In this document: piece by piece, positions 12,844 through 24,613 of the stretch
Layout of the letters: every line of letters begins with the position of its first letter
Position numbering within the stretch: position 1 is the first letter of the stretch
NCBI GenBank assembly: GCA_030264375.1
Contig: JASCQW010000098.1
Coordinates: forward strand, 77,404,558 to 77,468,557
DNA from: Carcharhinus longimanus
Taxonomy: Eukaryota
Reading direction: 5' to 3'
DNA: 64,000 nucleotides
Translations under genes and position numbers: made by a program
Notes under the pieces: generated by a model
Told to the model about the DNA's origin: nothing
What the model saw: the letters and a program-made list of their open reading frames with translations, nothing else
Databases searched by the model: none

Positions 12844-13371
12844 ATTTAATAATGTTCCATTTGTTTAAAGTGCAGAATAGATTTAAGGATGTTTAAATTT
12901 GTTTTGTATTTATAATATTAAATATTAATCATATTTGAATCTAATCCAGACAAACGGGAAGGCCATGTAGTGTCTCTTAACAATTAACAATAAATGGCAT
13001 ATGCTGCATTATTAGCATCTCAGCCAACGGGACACAACACATAAACAGCCTTCAAATTTGTCACTAATATTGTCAGTCTTCCTTAGAGAAGGTGGAAAGA
13101 TGATGTGAAAAGTTGTGGTGTGCAGATTGCTACTTTAAGTCTCTGCAGCTGAAGTCATTGTTGGGAATTCTGTATAATTTTTCATACAGTATAAATCAGA
13201 GAAGCAATTTTGGAGAAAGATAACAATTCCTCGCACCTATAATATTGTTGACCTTTTCACTGCACGCAACACTAATTTAAATGGGAAAGAATGTGCTGTT
13301 TAGAATTCCTGTATAATATATGTGCTCTTGTATTGCTCTCAATATTTATACAAAAAAATCTATTTCTGCAG

Positions 13372-13411
13372 ATTTCATCGAATGGCAATGAACCACAGGA
13401 AACATCAATAG
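13372..13411 (+). CDS. B3GLCT: B3GLCT coding exon 3 (ISSNGNEPQETSI)
   Basis: tttctgcag acceptor and AG|GTAAGT donor; 40 nt, phase 0 to 1, matching the recalled 40-nt human exon 3; bridges exons 2 and 4 in frame. Confidence 0.75.
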
Positions 13412-14094
13412 GTAAGTTATTCTCCAATGGAGACTTCAATTTTCTCGGCAGTAGTTTTTCATGAAATTTAATATCAACCTGCTGATTTTTTTTTCCTTCC
13501 AACTCCCAGTTTTCTCCCCTGTTCAGAAGGCATTCGTTTAGTCTGTGGGTCCATGAATACTTGCACAAATGGCCAACTGTGGGGACAGTGTAGTGACAAG
13601 GCAGTGAAAAATGAACATGGTGTTTGAGAAAAGCAGAAATAAAAGGCACTGAATAATATGTAGTGGAGGGATTATGTAAAGGTAGCTAAAATAGCAGAAG
13701 ATTATTTGCCAGATGTGAATGCTGTCATGTTGAAAAGTGAAAATCCTGTTCTAATGTGAGGTTCACAATCTGCCTGTCCTGCTACTCCTCTGGCACTTTC
13801 TCCTCTTTATCCTCTTTATGCCAAAATTGTTTCCTTTGTTCCTTTTTACCCATCTTAGTGCACACCTGTCCCATTTGAAAGTAGCAAAAATAATATGGCA
13901 TGCACCCAATTTCATTACAAAACATGTGTAATCTCTGTGGGATTGCACTGTATTGTTCAGCTATGTATTACCACATTCTATTTATTTATTGTTTAGAATT
14001 GTTTCTCTACTACTTTTTGTCAAATGGTTTTATTTTATTATTGATTTATACAAAAATGTAACCACTTTTTCAAAATAGAGAATACCTATGACAG

Positions 14095-15500
14095 TCTGGC
14101 TCAACTGGTATTACTCAGTTTTTGTGTCTGAAAGATGGGTCTTAAGTCCCATCATGAGTTGAGCACTTAGGATTGCATGTTAGCTACTGAGGTGGACTAG
14201 TTAGAAGGTCAAGCTTGGTACTCTAGGACTTTGTTCTATTTTTCTTTAAAGATTTTAGGCTTTCTAACCCTAATCTCTCACAAACTATCACCATTCCCCA
14301 CACAGTCCCCATGTCCCCTCATATTCTCCATGGCAACTAAATTCCACCTCGCACCCTCCCTCTTACCCCATGCCTTCTCATAGCCCTGTGCCATCTCAGT
14401 GCCAACTCGTGTTCCAACACCATTTTGTTTCATACTCCACTTGCCATGGCTATTCATCCCTTATCCACTATGGGCAGATCACTTAGGAGCCATGTGGAGA
14501 TTTAATAAAATAAGCTTCTAAAACTCATAACACAAATGTCACTATACAAGCTTGTTCGTGAAAAATGTTCCATTCACAAAAGCACCAATGCTTTTAAACC
14601 TCCACAAATAGTTAAATTAAAAATTCCCTTTGTATCCCTAATCCTTTAATAACTTCTTTAAGCTGTCAGTCAAGCTGTGAACTCAGAACATGTTTATGAG
14701 GTAATTGTAGCTTTTGCCAAGAATTTAACAAAGAATTTTATCGAAGCTGCTTAAACAGATGCTACTCCAGTTGGCCTGTCAATGTCAGAAGTCTAGGAGA
14801 TGTTTTTATCTAAACAATCACTAACAGCTGCAGCCTTTTTTTTACAATTTATAGATTAAGTTAGATTCTGAAATCTAAACAGACTTATCCACGCTTCATG
14901 AGCATTAACACCTGCTTTATAAATTCATGGCTCCCACAAAGTGGGTTAAGGCTCTTACAGCAGCCAAATAGGGTCAGCTTGAACTTAGTAAGCACTGAGC
15001 TGAAATGGCCCTGCTGAGTTTGGTGTTCTCTCCTGTGTGATTCATGTAAATCCAAAAGTGGCAACAGCTGGGAATGGGTTGGGACTTCTCATCCTGGACC
15101 TGTCTGCTGTTTTAAAGTTCTGCAGAGTTCTTCCTAACTTTGAAATCTGGCCCTTAATGTAGAAAATTATTTCACTACAATGCTGAAACAGTGTATTTTA
15201 GATGCTTTCTTCCAGATGAGACATTAAACTGGGGAAACATCTGTTGGTTCAGGAGGACATAAAACATGCTCTGGCAGTATTTGAGGAAGATCCAGGGAAT
15301 CTTCTAATCAACATTTCTCTCTTAACCAGTACCAACACTAAACTATTTGATGATTCACTAATTTGCTGTTAGTGCGATCTTGCTGTGCACACATTGACCT
15401 GGTTGCCTACATAATTGTAACCGTACTTCAGAAGTAGTCTGTTGCTGTAAAGCATTTTTGACAGAACATTAAAATGCTGTATATCTGAAAGTTATTTCCT
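14095..15500 (+). mobile_element. Ancient Deu-domain SINE (SacSINE1/AmnSINE1-like), split by a roughly 1-kb insertion
   Basis: tRNA-like head at about 14095-14170; Deu-like body ttccagatgagacattaaac...atcttgctgtgcac...acttcagaagta...gctgtaaagcattt at about 15160-15500. Confidence 0.6.
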
Positions 15501-16244
15501 CCTTTACATGCTGCTTTGTAGGTTATACAAGACCTGTGGATAAATACATTTGAAATTCTCTACAATAAATTAGTTTTTCTTAGTTCAAATTATTTTGATT
15601 GTGGGCATCCTAGAGCACAAGTCATAATGCCAAAAGATTTTAGTCAGCTAAAATCTACCATATACAATGTATTTTTATAATCTCCCTGACAACTGCCTGT
15701 AAAGAAAATTTGATGTACCATCTTCCAGGATTAGTTTGGTTAGCATTTGGCTGACATTTCTTTTTTCAAAATGAAAGATTTATTATCCAAAACAGAGTTT
15801 GTCCCCAGGCTACTTTGGGCTTTCTAAATGGGAAATCCTCAAATAAAGAGTCCTCTGGAATCTCTGATGAGGAGTTGTTTGAGTTCATTGGACAGTTGGA
15901 TATTGGACTGTGGGGGAGTGGTTAAATCCCAAATATATAAATACTGCCTCCATGCTTCCACAGTCCTGACTACCGTAAGATTTATGACACGATTCAGACC
16001 CTAGATCAGGTTCCCTCTGAAAGGGGGCTACTGAAGTTTCAAGGATCATGGTCAGCTGATGATTATCGATGCTCCAATATGGTTTTTACTTCAACATGGT
16101 CACTGTCTGAAGCTTTGTAGGAGGAATCAATTTACCAGAAGTGGCCCAGGTAGGTTTTAAGACTTTGCCTGCCATTGAATTCACCATAGTCCAATGTTCA
16201 ACTGTCCAATTCCTGTATTTATAAAGTGAAAGGAAACAAAATGA

Positions 16245-16461
16245 GGGCAGAGGTTATGGTCCGGAATTGTCAAATTCAATACTGAATCCAGAAGGCTTTA
16301 AAGTGCCTAATTGGAAGATGAATTACTGTTTCTTGAGCTGTGTTGAGCTTCACTGGAACATTGCAGGAGACCAAAGATAGAATGTTGGCTCAATCTGCAT
16401 TTTGTCTTCCCAGTGTAGAGGACACTGCATTCTGAGCAAAATATACTGTCAACTAAATTGA
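16245..16461 (-). mobile_element. Penelope-like GIY-YIG endonuclease remnant
   Basis: Minus strand reads GLLQCSSEAQHSSRNS..IFQLGTLKPSGFSIEFDN; similar to 41100-41575. Confidence 0.6.
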
Positions 16462-17867
16462 TCCATTCATTCTCCCACACAACAACCCAGCATGGTTGGG
16501 AAGCCTCTTAAAATAATTGACTGCTAAATTGAATGGAAGAGAGATTTGTTAATGCAATTATCATTTACATCTAGTGTAAACAGTTAAATTCTTCTGTCAA
16601 ATAAAACAATTAGTTTCATATCCACGATTTAATTAGTCTTCTGAATAAAACCAAGTAGAGTGACATAATTGTCATTCTAGGAGTGGGGGATTAGACATAT
16701 GCACATAATTACTCAAAAATATTGATCAAAGTGCAACTTATTTCTATCATACTTTGTGTAGGTGTGATTTGGAATAGTGACTGTAATTGCCAAGAGATTC
16801 AATTTGAGCAGGTGAGGAGTCAGATCAATTTAACACGGAATTTAAAATTAGACTTTTTATACACGGTCTTTTAAGTTTCTGTCAAATTTGATATTTACAC
16901 AAATAATAATAAAATGCAGCAAAGATTTTTCCAGGTATTTATCCAGCACTTTTAATTTACAGATGAGCGGCTCCCAGTTATTACAGTAAAAAAAGGACCT
17001 GGATGAGTACTTGGCATGCCATAACGTGCTGGCAAGTGGGATTAGGTGGGCAGGTCAGGGCTTTTCATGCGTTAGTCCAGACTTGATGGGCTGAAGGACC
17101 TCTTCTCTGTTTAAGCCTCTCAGTTGATGGGGAGTAAAGGAGATTCAAGTTTCTTCATAAAATACCTTTATTTCTTTGATCCAACAATAGTGTCACCTAT
17201 GACCCTTTTTATATATCAATGACTTCTACTGAATAATTGACCTCAAATTTGGACTTAATTGGAAGGTCTGTTAACCCATTCCTTACATTCTGCACTGTCG
17301 GATTGCGTGATTCAGTGAAACATTGGAAATTGATGACTAACGCATTGCTGAAGAAAGCAAATTTATAATCTGTTAATTGTGTGCTATTAAATCAAGTTTT
17401 TAATTGTCCGAAGAACAGTCATATTGGACTCGAAATCCTGTTTCTCTCTCTGCAGATGCTGCCAGACCTGCTGAGTTTTACCAATATTTATTTTATTTAT
17501 TTCTCATTTGCTTTTAATCGTCTGCATCATTCATTTTAGTAACAGAAGCTAAATGGTGATGCTGGAGTTGATTCTGATTTTGCATTTGGAAATTATCCTG
17601 GCTTTGATTTCTGTCTTCAAATTTAATTTTGGACATAAATATTTAATTCCTTAAATTACAGTTACTCGTGAGATCAAATTGGAAAGAGATGGTGGGAAAG
17701 TGTTATTTTCACATTTTGATTCTGCCCTCGAAGGAGATTTCTGGGGGCTAAAGAAGCCCCCAGTTGTAAATCAAATCACATTCTACTGGAATTAACTTGA
17801 ACTCTTTAAATGATGATTTCAGACAGTGTTTTAACGAGTACAAAGGTAACAAATCAAAAAGATAAAA

Positions 17868-18163
17868 GGCCTTTTAGCTTAGATCAAGTGTAGTATTGAC
17901 AAGCTGTGCTTGGTTGAAGTCATTAGGTTACATTTCAGCTTCATTTGAAGCAATTTTTAAAAGCGGCATCTCAGCCTTTTGGCTAAGATGCAAATGAGAT
18001 CAAGCCATGGAGGAGGAGCTATACCTACTCCAATCAGCTTGGATCATGTAGGTCAAGCTCAAGACAGGAGGTGAGAGCCCTGTCTTGTCAGCTTGGAGCG
18101 GGAATGTCTCAACTTGTTGAGACTCTGAATTGGACTTGATTTGATTGAACTGGAATAAAAAAA
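17868..18163 (+). mobile_element. Candidate U2 snRNA-derived composite SINE-like element, copy 1
   Basis: 17868-17896 matches U2 nt 11-39 (27/29) and 17966-17989 matches U2 nt 4-27 (22/24); several hairpins; ends in (ttga)-rich sequence plus A7. Confidence 0.65.
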
Positions 18164-18300
18164 TACTCAGATGAAGAGTCAACTAGACACAAAATGTTGG
18201 CTCTACTCTCTCTCCACAGATGCTGTCAGACCTGCTGAGATTTTCCAGCATTTTTCTATTTTTGTTTCAGATTCCAGCATCCACAGTATTTTGCATATAT
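18164..18300. mobile_element. Penelope-derived terminus (family B)
   Basis: tctctctccacagatgctgtcagacctgctgagattttccagcatt, matching the end at 12750-12843. Confidence 0.65.
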
Positions 18301-18311
18301 TAGGGTAAATG

Positions 18312-18873
18312 GGGAGCTGGGAATGGGATTGATCTGGTTCAGTGTGGAGCTGGGCTGGAGGATGGGAATGGGATTGATCTGGTTCAGTGTGGAGCTGGGC
18401 TGGAGGATGGGAATGGGATTGATCTGTTTCAGTGGAGAGCTGGGTTAGGGAATGGGAATGGGATTGATCTGGTTCAGTGTGGAGCTGGGCTGGAGGGTGG
18501 GAATGGGATTGATCTGGTTCAGTGGGGAGCTGGACTAGGGGATGGGAATGGGATTGATCTGGTTCAGTGTGGAGCTGGGTTGGGGGATGGGAACGGGATT
18601 GATCTGGTTCAGTGTGGAGCTGGGTTGGGAGATGGGAATGGGATTGATCTGGTTCAGTGTGGAGCTGGGTTGGGGGATGGGAATGGGATTGATCTGTTTC
18701 AGTGGAGAGCTGGGTTATGGAATGGGAATGGGATTGATCTGGGTCAGTGTGGAGCTGGGTTGGGAGATGGGAATGGGATTGATCTGGTTCAGTGTGGAGC
18801 TGGGCTGGAGGACGGGAATGGGATTGATCTGGTTCAGTGGGGAGCTGGGCTGGAGGATGGGAATGGGATTGAT
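18312..18873. repeat. 45-bp G-rich minisatellite, about 12.5 copies, truncated by a gap
   Basis: Unit ggagctgggctggaggatgggaatgggattgatctggttcagtgt repeated in tandem. Confidence 0.95.
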
Positions 18874-18973
18874 NNNNNNNNNNNNNNNNNNNNNNNNNNN
18901 NNNNNNNNNNNNNNNNNNNNNNNNNNNNNNNNNNNNNNNNNNNNNNNNNNNNNNNNNNNNNNNNNNNNNNNNN

Positions 18974-19201
18974 TTTGAAGCAATTTTTAAAAGCGGCATC
19001 TCAGCCTTTTGGCTAAGATGCAAATGAGATCAAGCTTTGGAGGAGGAGCTTTGCCCACTCCAATCAACTTGGATCATGTAGATCAAACCCAAGACAGGAG
19101 GTGAGAGCTCTGTCTTGTCAGTTTGGATCAGGAATGTCTCAACTTGTTGAGACTCTGAATTGAACTTGATTTGATTGAATTGGAATACAAACAACAAAAA
19201 A
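18974..19201 (+). mobile_element. Candidate U2-derived element, copy 2 (5' part lost in gap)
   Basis: About 15 substitutions versus copy 1 over about 220 bp by manual count; different A-rich tail and 3' flank. Confidence 0.6.
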
Positions 19202-22200
19202 GGTATTGAGTCAAATTAGCAGTAATTAGCATTAAGAGGAGAAAACTTAGCTTTAACAATTGGACAGGTTTCTCACCACCCTTCTCAGTTGATCAGGCCG
19301 AGACGTGAAGTGATCATTCCAAAAACGTGGGTAACATGTTAACAGACACAGCATCGCAAGACCTTTACTTTGTACCTAAAAGATTTTGTAAGCCCATTTT
19401 AACCAGACTATTGGCCAATTGGCCCTTAACTGGTTAATAATGAAATAACAGCTAGCCCATTGGTTTAGCTAATTATGCACATTGTCTTAATCTTAGCTTT
19501 AGCTGGTCTAAGTGTTGAAGAATAATTGGTTAACTTAACTGAGTGCCAATTTAGAATTGAGACATTCTGAATAAAGCCCTATTCAGTCATCCCAACAATG
19601 TCTCAGAGCAGCGCAGCAGGTTGGGATATATCAGCAGAGGCCACTTTGTGGACTTGTCGCTGGCCCTCTGCGCAACTCCATGGCAAAGTTTTTCAACACG
19701 GAGCAAATCGGCACAGAGCTGATTTCAGTGTTAAAATTGGCATTTGCATATCAGCAGCAGGCCTGGGTCTGAAGTTTCTGGGCCCACTAACATCTCTCCC
19801 CCCGGCTCCTGCTGGGAGTGGTTCACTCCAGTGCGGTTTAAAACTAACGGGGAAAAGGTGGCCTGACCCTGCTAGAGTGAAGAGAGGCCATGGAGCCACC
19901 CTCCCCCCCCCCCCCAAGGAAGTCAGGGATTTGGAGGGGTGCCCCTGGGCAGTGCCAACTGGGCAATGCCAACCTGGCTCCCTGGCATTGTGTAAAGGAC
20001 AAACTGGTGATGCCCACATCAGGGGCCCCGTTGGTAGTCTGCATTGCGATTGGTGACAGAAGGAGGAAGGACGGGATCGGGGCTAGCCATCCAAGTTGGG
20101 GGTGGATCTTATAGAGACATATAAGATAATGAAGGCGCTAGATAAGGTAGAGTTAGAGAGATTCTTTCCACTTAGAAAGGAAACCAGAACTAGAGGGCAC
20201 AGCCTCAAAATAAGGGGATGGAGGAGCAGTTTAGAACANNNNNNNNNNNNNNNNNNNNNNNNNNNNNNNNNNNNNNNNNNNNNNNNNNNNNNNNNNNNNN
20301 NNNNNNNNNNNNNNNNNNNNNNNNNNNNNNNNNNNNNNAATGGCGGGACAGGCTCGAAGGGCTAGATAGCCTACTCCTGCTCCTATTTCTTATGTTCTTA
20401 TATTCTTATGCAGGGTCTTGGAGCTGCTGGGGGTTGGGACTGCCAGCAGGGTGGGGTCGGGTCTTTGGGGAGGGGGGCAGGGGTGTTCTGGCTGGTTTGG
20501 TGATGCATGGCTGTGGTTACTCTTGACCCTACAAGTTTCTTGTAGGGTGGATGAAAATTGTACTTGTCTACTTGGCAGTGCTATTCCTTCTTCCCCATTT
20601 AGTCCATCTGGAAGTTCACTGCAGCTGAGGAACAGTGACTCCATGGGAAGAAGAAGACTGAGCAGTGTGCTCACCTCTGTTGTTTGTTGTTGGTAGTGTG
20701 TAATTTCTACCCGGTCCCATCATCCTTTGTGGTTTTGGGACATTGGCTGGAAGTTGCTGTGTGTTGCACAGTTGTTGGTGTGTCAACCAACTGTGCTATC
20801 TGTTGATGTGTCTTTGATCCAATTTCACCAGGGATGCAAAGGTAATCTTGTGTGCAATAGGTTGTTCTGACCACTGGGAAGTTGCCAGAACCTGGAATGA
20901 TGATTGGCAAACCTGCACTGCAAACAGAAAAGAAAGATCACAGATGAAATTGGAAGCTGAATACTCTCTAGTGTTGAGGATTCAGGGCCGTGTTGCTATG
21001 GTGGCTAATGACTGTAAGGTCTTGACATCTTCCACTGGCTGGGGGAGATTGAGGGTTATGTGGGCATCTCTGCCCACATAGAGAGAGAGGCTAATTGCGA
21101 ACGTTATACATCAGTTCAAAGATCTGTTTGTCCCCATTCCTCAGTGGTTGAAGTGTCATGCCATTGATGGGAGTCAAATCCACCCTGTTCCATACAGCGG
21201 AGTGTTTACCGTTCAGATTTAATGGCCTTGGAGTCATGGTTCTTTAACTGTCACGATTAACGTGTTGCCACCTAAACATAATTTAAAATTTGTTAAATAA
21301 CTGCATTCTGAATTGAAGAACTGCATTTTCTGATTTTCTCCAAGAACCAGGGTTACGCATCTTCTTGATCTTTGGCCTCTACATTGTGGATTACTTTTAG
21401 AGTGTCTGTCAGGGTTTTGAATTGCACAGCATTTTCTGTTTGTACATCTGGATCCAAGTTGGATCCTCTGCTGGATCCAAGTTGAAGGCAACACCTAATT
21501 CAACAAGGTGTAACCTTTTTCAGGGAATTTGCAGTGATATTAAAAGCACTAACGGACAGGTTCTTATCAGCTCAGTCATGTTGGATTGATTACAGTCTGC
21601 AGAGACTTCAACAGTGCTTATTTATGGAGAAATATTGAATCAGTGACGCAACTTTTGAATTTCCTCATCCCACAATTGCCTGCTGCAAGGCTGGAATCTT
21701 GGATCTTCCCCAGGAGTGGGCTGGGAGGTGGTGAGGGCTGGTCAGGAGGGTATGCATCCAATTGAGGATGCCAATCCCATCATCTTTCCACCTCTGCTGG
21801 TATTTTTCAGTGAAAGGGTGGATAGTCTTAACAGGTTGTTCCGTATGCAGTTGGCATTTTACCAGTTGGGGGCACTTTGCCACTGAGGGTGGACACACAT
21901 TCAAACCTGGTGGTCTCCCAAGGGTTTGAGTTGGGGTAGCCCTTCCAATTGTGCACCCTGTTGCCCATAGTGGGTCTTCTCCATAGCTCAGACTGCCACT
22001 GCGACTGCCTCCCATGCCCTTGCGAATGAAGCCCCCACAACACCCCGCCCCTCACCCCACTCACTGGGGCGTGTTTTATTGACTCCATCAATTCAACCTT
22101 CTGGATGGTCTGGGGTTGGGATTGTGTTTGAAGGCATGGTGAGGGGCACTTCATGTGAAATCCTAGCGTAGAAGTTGTCAGCTTCAGATGACAAAGACAG

Positions 22201-22289
22201 CAAGCTCTCCCAGTTTCACCCCATCCCTCAGTGCAAAATCTGGGCCATTCATTCTACCAGGTCATAACTTTTAAGAAATTATTAATGTA

Positions 22290-23072
22290 AAGGATGTGGG
22301 TGTAGCTAGGCCAGGATTTATTGCCCATCCCTAATTGCCCTTGAGAAAGCTGTGGTGAGCTACCTTCTTGAACTGCTGCAGTGAATGTGGTGTAGGGCAC
22401 CTAAAGTGCTTTTAGATAGAGAGTTCTCAGATCTTGACCCAGCAAAGTGAAGGAACGGCGATATATTTCCAAGACAGGCTGGTGAGTGGCTTGGAAAGGA
22501 ACTTCCAAATACTGATGTTCCCATGTATCTGCTGCTTTTGTTGTCCTAGATAGTAGTGGTCATGGGTTTGGAATGTGCTGCCTAAGAAGGCTTAATGATT
22601 TCCTGCAGTGCATCTTGTAGATGGTAGACACTGCTGCTACTGTGCATTGGTAGTGGAGGGTGTAAATGTTTGTGGATGGAGTGCCAATCAAGCGGGCTGC
22701 TTTGTCCTGAAAGGTGTCAAGCTTCTTGAGTGTTGTCACCCAGACAATTGGAGTGTGTTCCATCACATTCCTGACTTGTGCCTTGTAGATGATGGACAGG
22801 CTTTGGGGTGTCAGGAGGTGAGTTACTCGCTGCAGGATTTCAAGCCTCTGACCTGCTCTTGTAGCCAATGTGTTTATGTGGCTAGTCCAGTTCAGTTTCT
22901 GGTCAATTGTTAANNNNNNNNNNNNNNNNNNNNNNNNNNNNNNNNNNNNNNNNNNNNNNNNNNNNNNNNNNNNNNNNNNNNNNNNNNNNNNNNNNNNNNN
23001 NNNNNNNNNNNNNAGCCAATGTGTTTATGTGGCTAGTCCAGTTCAGTTTCTGGTCAATTGTTAATCCCAAGA
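22290..23072 (-). mobile_element. CR1-group LINE 3' end
   Basis: ILGLTIDQKLNWTSHINT...RAGQRLEILQRVTHLLTPQSLSIIYKAQVR. Confidence 0.8.
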
Positions 23073-23074
23073 TC

Positions 23075-23700
23075 TTAAGAAGTAAGAGCAGGAGTGGGCT
23101 ACTCACCCCCTCGATTCTCTGCAGTGGGACCGTACAGTTGTGTTTGTGTGAATAGCTGGAGAATCTTGCCCTCAATTTTTAAGCCATGCTGCCTAGTTTT
23201 AGATTCTGCCATGATAGGAAAGATCTTTTCAACATCTACCCTGTCAAACCTTCCCTGTACCTTATACGTTTCAATAAGATCACCTCTCAATTTTCTGAAC
23301 TCAAATTAATATCGGTCCAACCTACTCAAATTTTTCTTATAAGACAACCCTTTCATCCCAGGAATCAGCCTAGTGAACCTTCTCTGAATTGCATTGTCCT
23401 TAAGTAAGGAGACCAAATCTAGATCCAGTACTCTGCCCTTTCTCACCAATATTCTGCATTGTTGCAATAAAGGCTAACCTTCCATTTGTCTTCCTAATCA
23501 CTTACTGTCCCTGCATGCTAACCATTTGTGATTATATGCAAGGACACCCAGATCCCTCTGTACCACAGCATTCTACAGCTTCTCTTCATTTAAATATTTC
23601 GCTTTACTATGCTTTCTGCCAAAGTACACAACCTTGCATTTTCCCATATTGTTGTCCATCTGCCAAACTTTTGCCAACTCACTTCTCCAATCTATGTGTG
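23075..23700 (-). mobile_element. Decayed CR1/HER1 3' fragment
   Basis: RGDLIETYKV...IFPIMAESKTRQHGLKI. Confidence 0.7.
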
Positions 23701-24286
23701 TTTACAGATCCTCTTGACAATGTGCTTTCCTACTGATTGTTTTATGCTCCTTTTAGACTTAATTGTCTTCTGTAGACTCTTTTCATATCCTTGCTAAACC
23801 AATCCACCAAGCTTATTACAAGTTGGATTATCGTTTTTGTTTGGATTTTAAAAATTGCATTACATGGACTTTTACAAAAACATAATTCCTTCCCATTGTT
23901 CAGAAAATGAAAAAGACTTGTGTGCTTGCCTTGTCCTTTGCTTCAACTTTAAAACTAATAATAATTGAATGGTGTGAGCTATAAATCTTTTCATGGAGTG
24001 TGATAGATGTTGCCCAACAATATAGATGGTCATTATAAATCTGCAGAGTATACAATTCAAAGGTTAAAATAATTTCTGTAATCAGGTAGAATGGGCTTTA
24101 TTTCCATTATTTGAGTAGTTTATGTTGTGTAATGTGCATCACTTGGGTACTTCTTGTGTCATTTCTGAATCTATTGGAGATTGATTGCTATGATTAGTCA
24201 TCATCACACAAAGCTAGAATGATAAATCAATAGACAGTAGCCTTTATTTCTCTACTGATTCCTAACTTCCTATTCATACTGCTGTT

Positions 24287-24613
24287 ATAGAATCATAGAA
24301 TTCTCCAGTGCAGAAGGAGGCCATTCAGCCCATTGAGTTTACACCGACCACAATCCCACCCAGACCCTATCCCCATAACCCCGTGCATTTACCCTAGCTA
24401 GTCCCCCTGACACTAAGGGACAATTTCGTATGGCCAACCAACCTAACCCGCACACATCTTTGGACTGTGGGAGGAAGCCAGAGCACCCGTAGGAAACCCA
24501 TGCAGACATGGGGAGAACGTGCAAACTCCACACAGACAGGGACCCAAGCTGGGAATCAAACCTGGGTCCCTGGCAATCTGAGGCAGCAGTGCTAATCGTT
24601 GTGCCACTGTGCC
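24287..24613 (-). mobile_element. HE1-like V-SINE with HER1-type tail
   Basis: Head, V-domain and (atagaatc) tail on the minus strand. Confidence 0.85.

Noticed and set aside
17868-17996. Functional U2 snRNA gene
   Set aside because: Only the 5' fragments up to about nt 39 are present; stem II, the Sm site in context and the 3' stems are not recognisable.
18312-18873. CRISPR-like regular repeats
   Set aside because: Pure tandem repeat with no unique spacers, in a vertebrate intron.
18542-19027. Long repetitive ORFs (MGMGLIWFSVELGW..., GDGNGIDLVQCGAGL...)
   Set aside because: Translations of the 45-bp minisatellite running into N gaps; no evidence of coding function.
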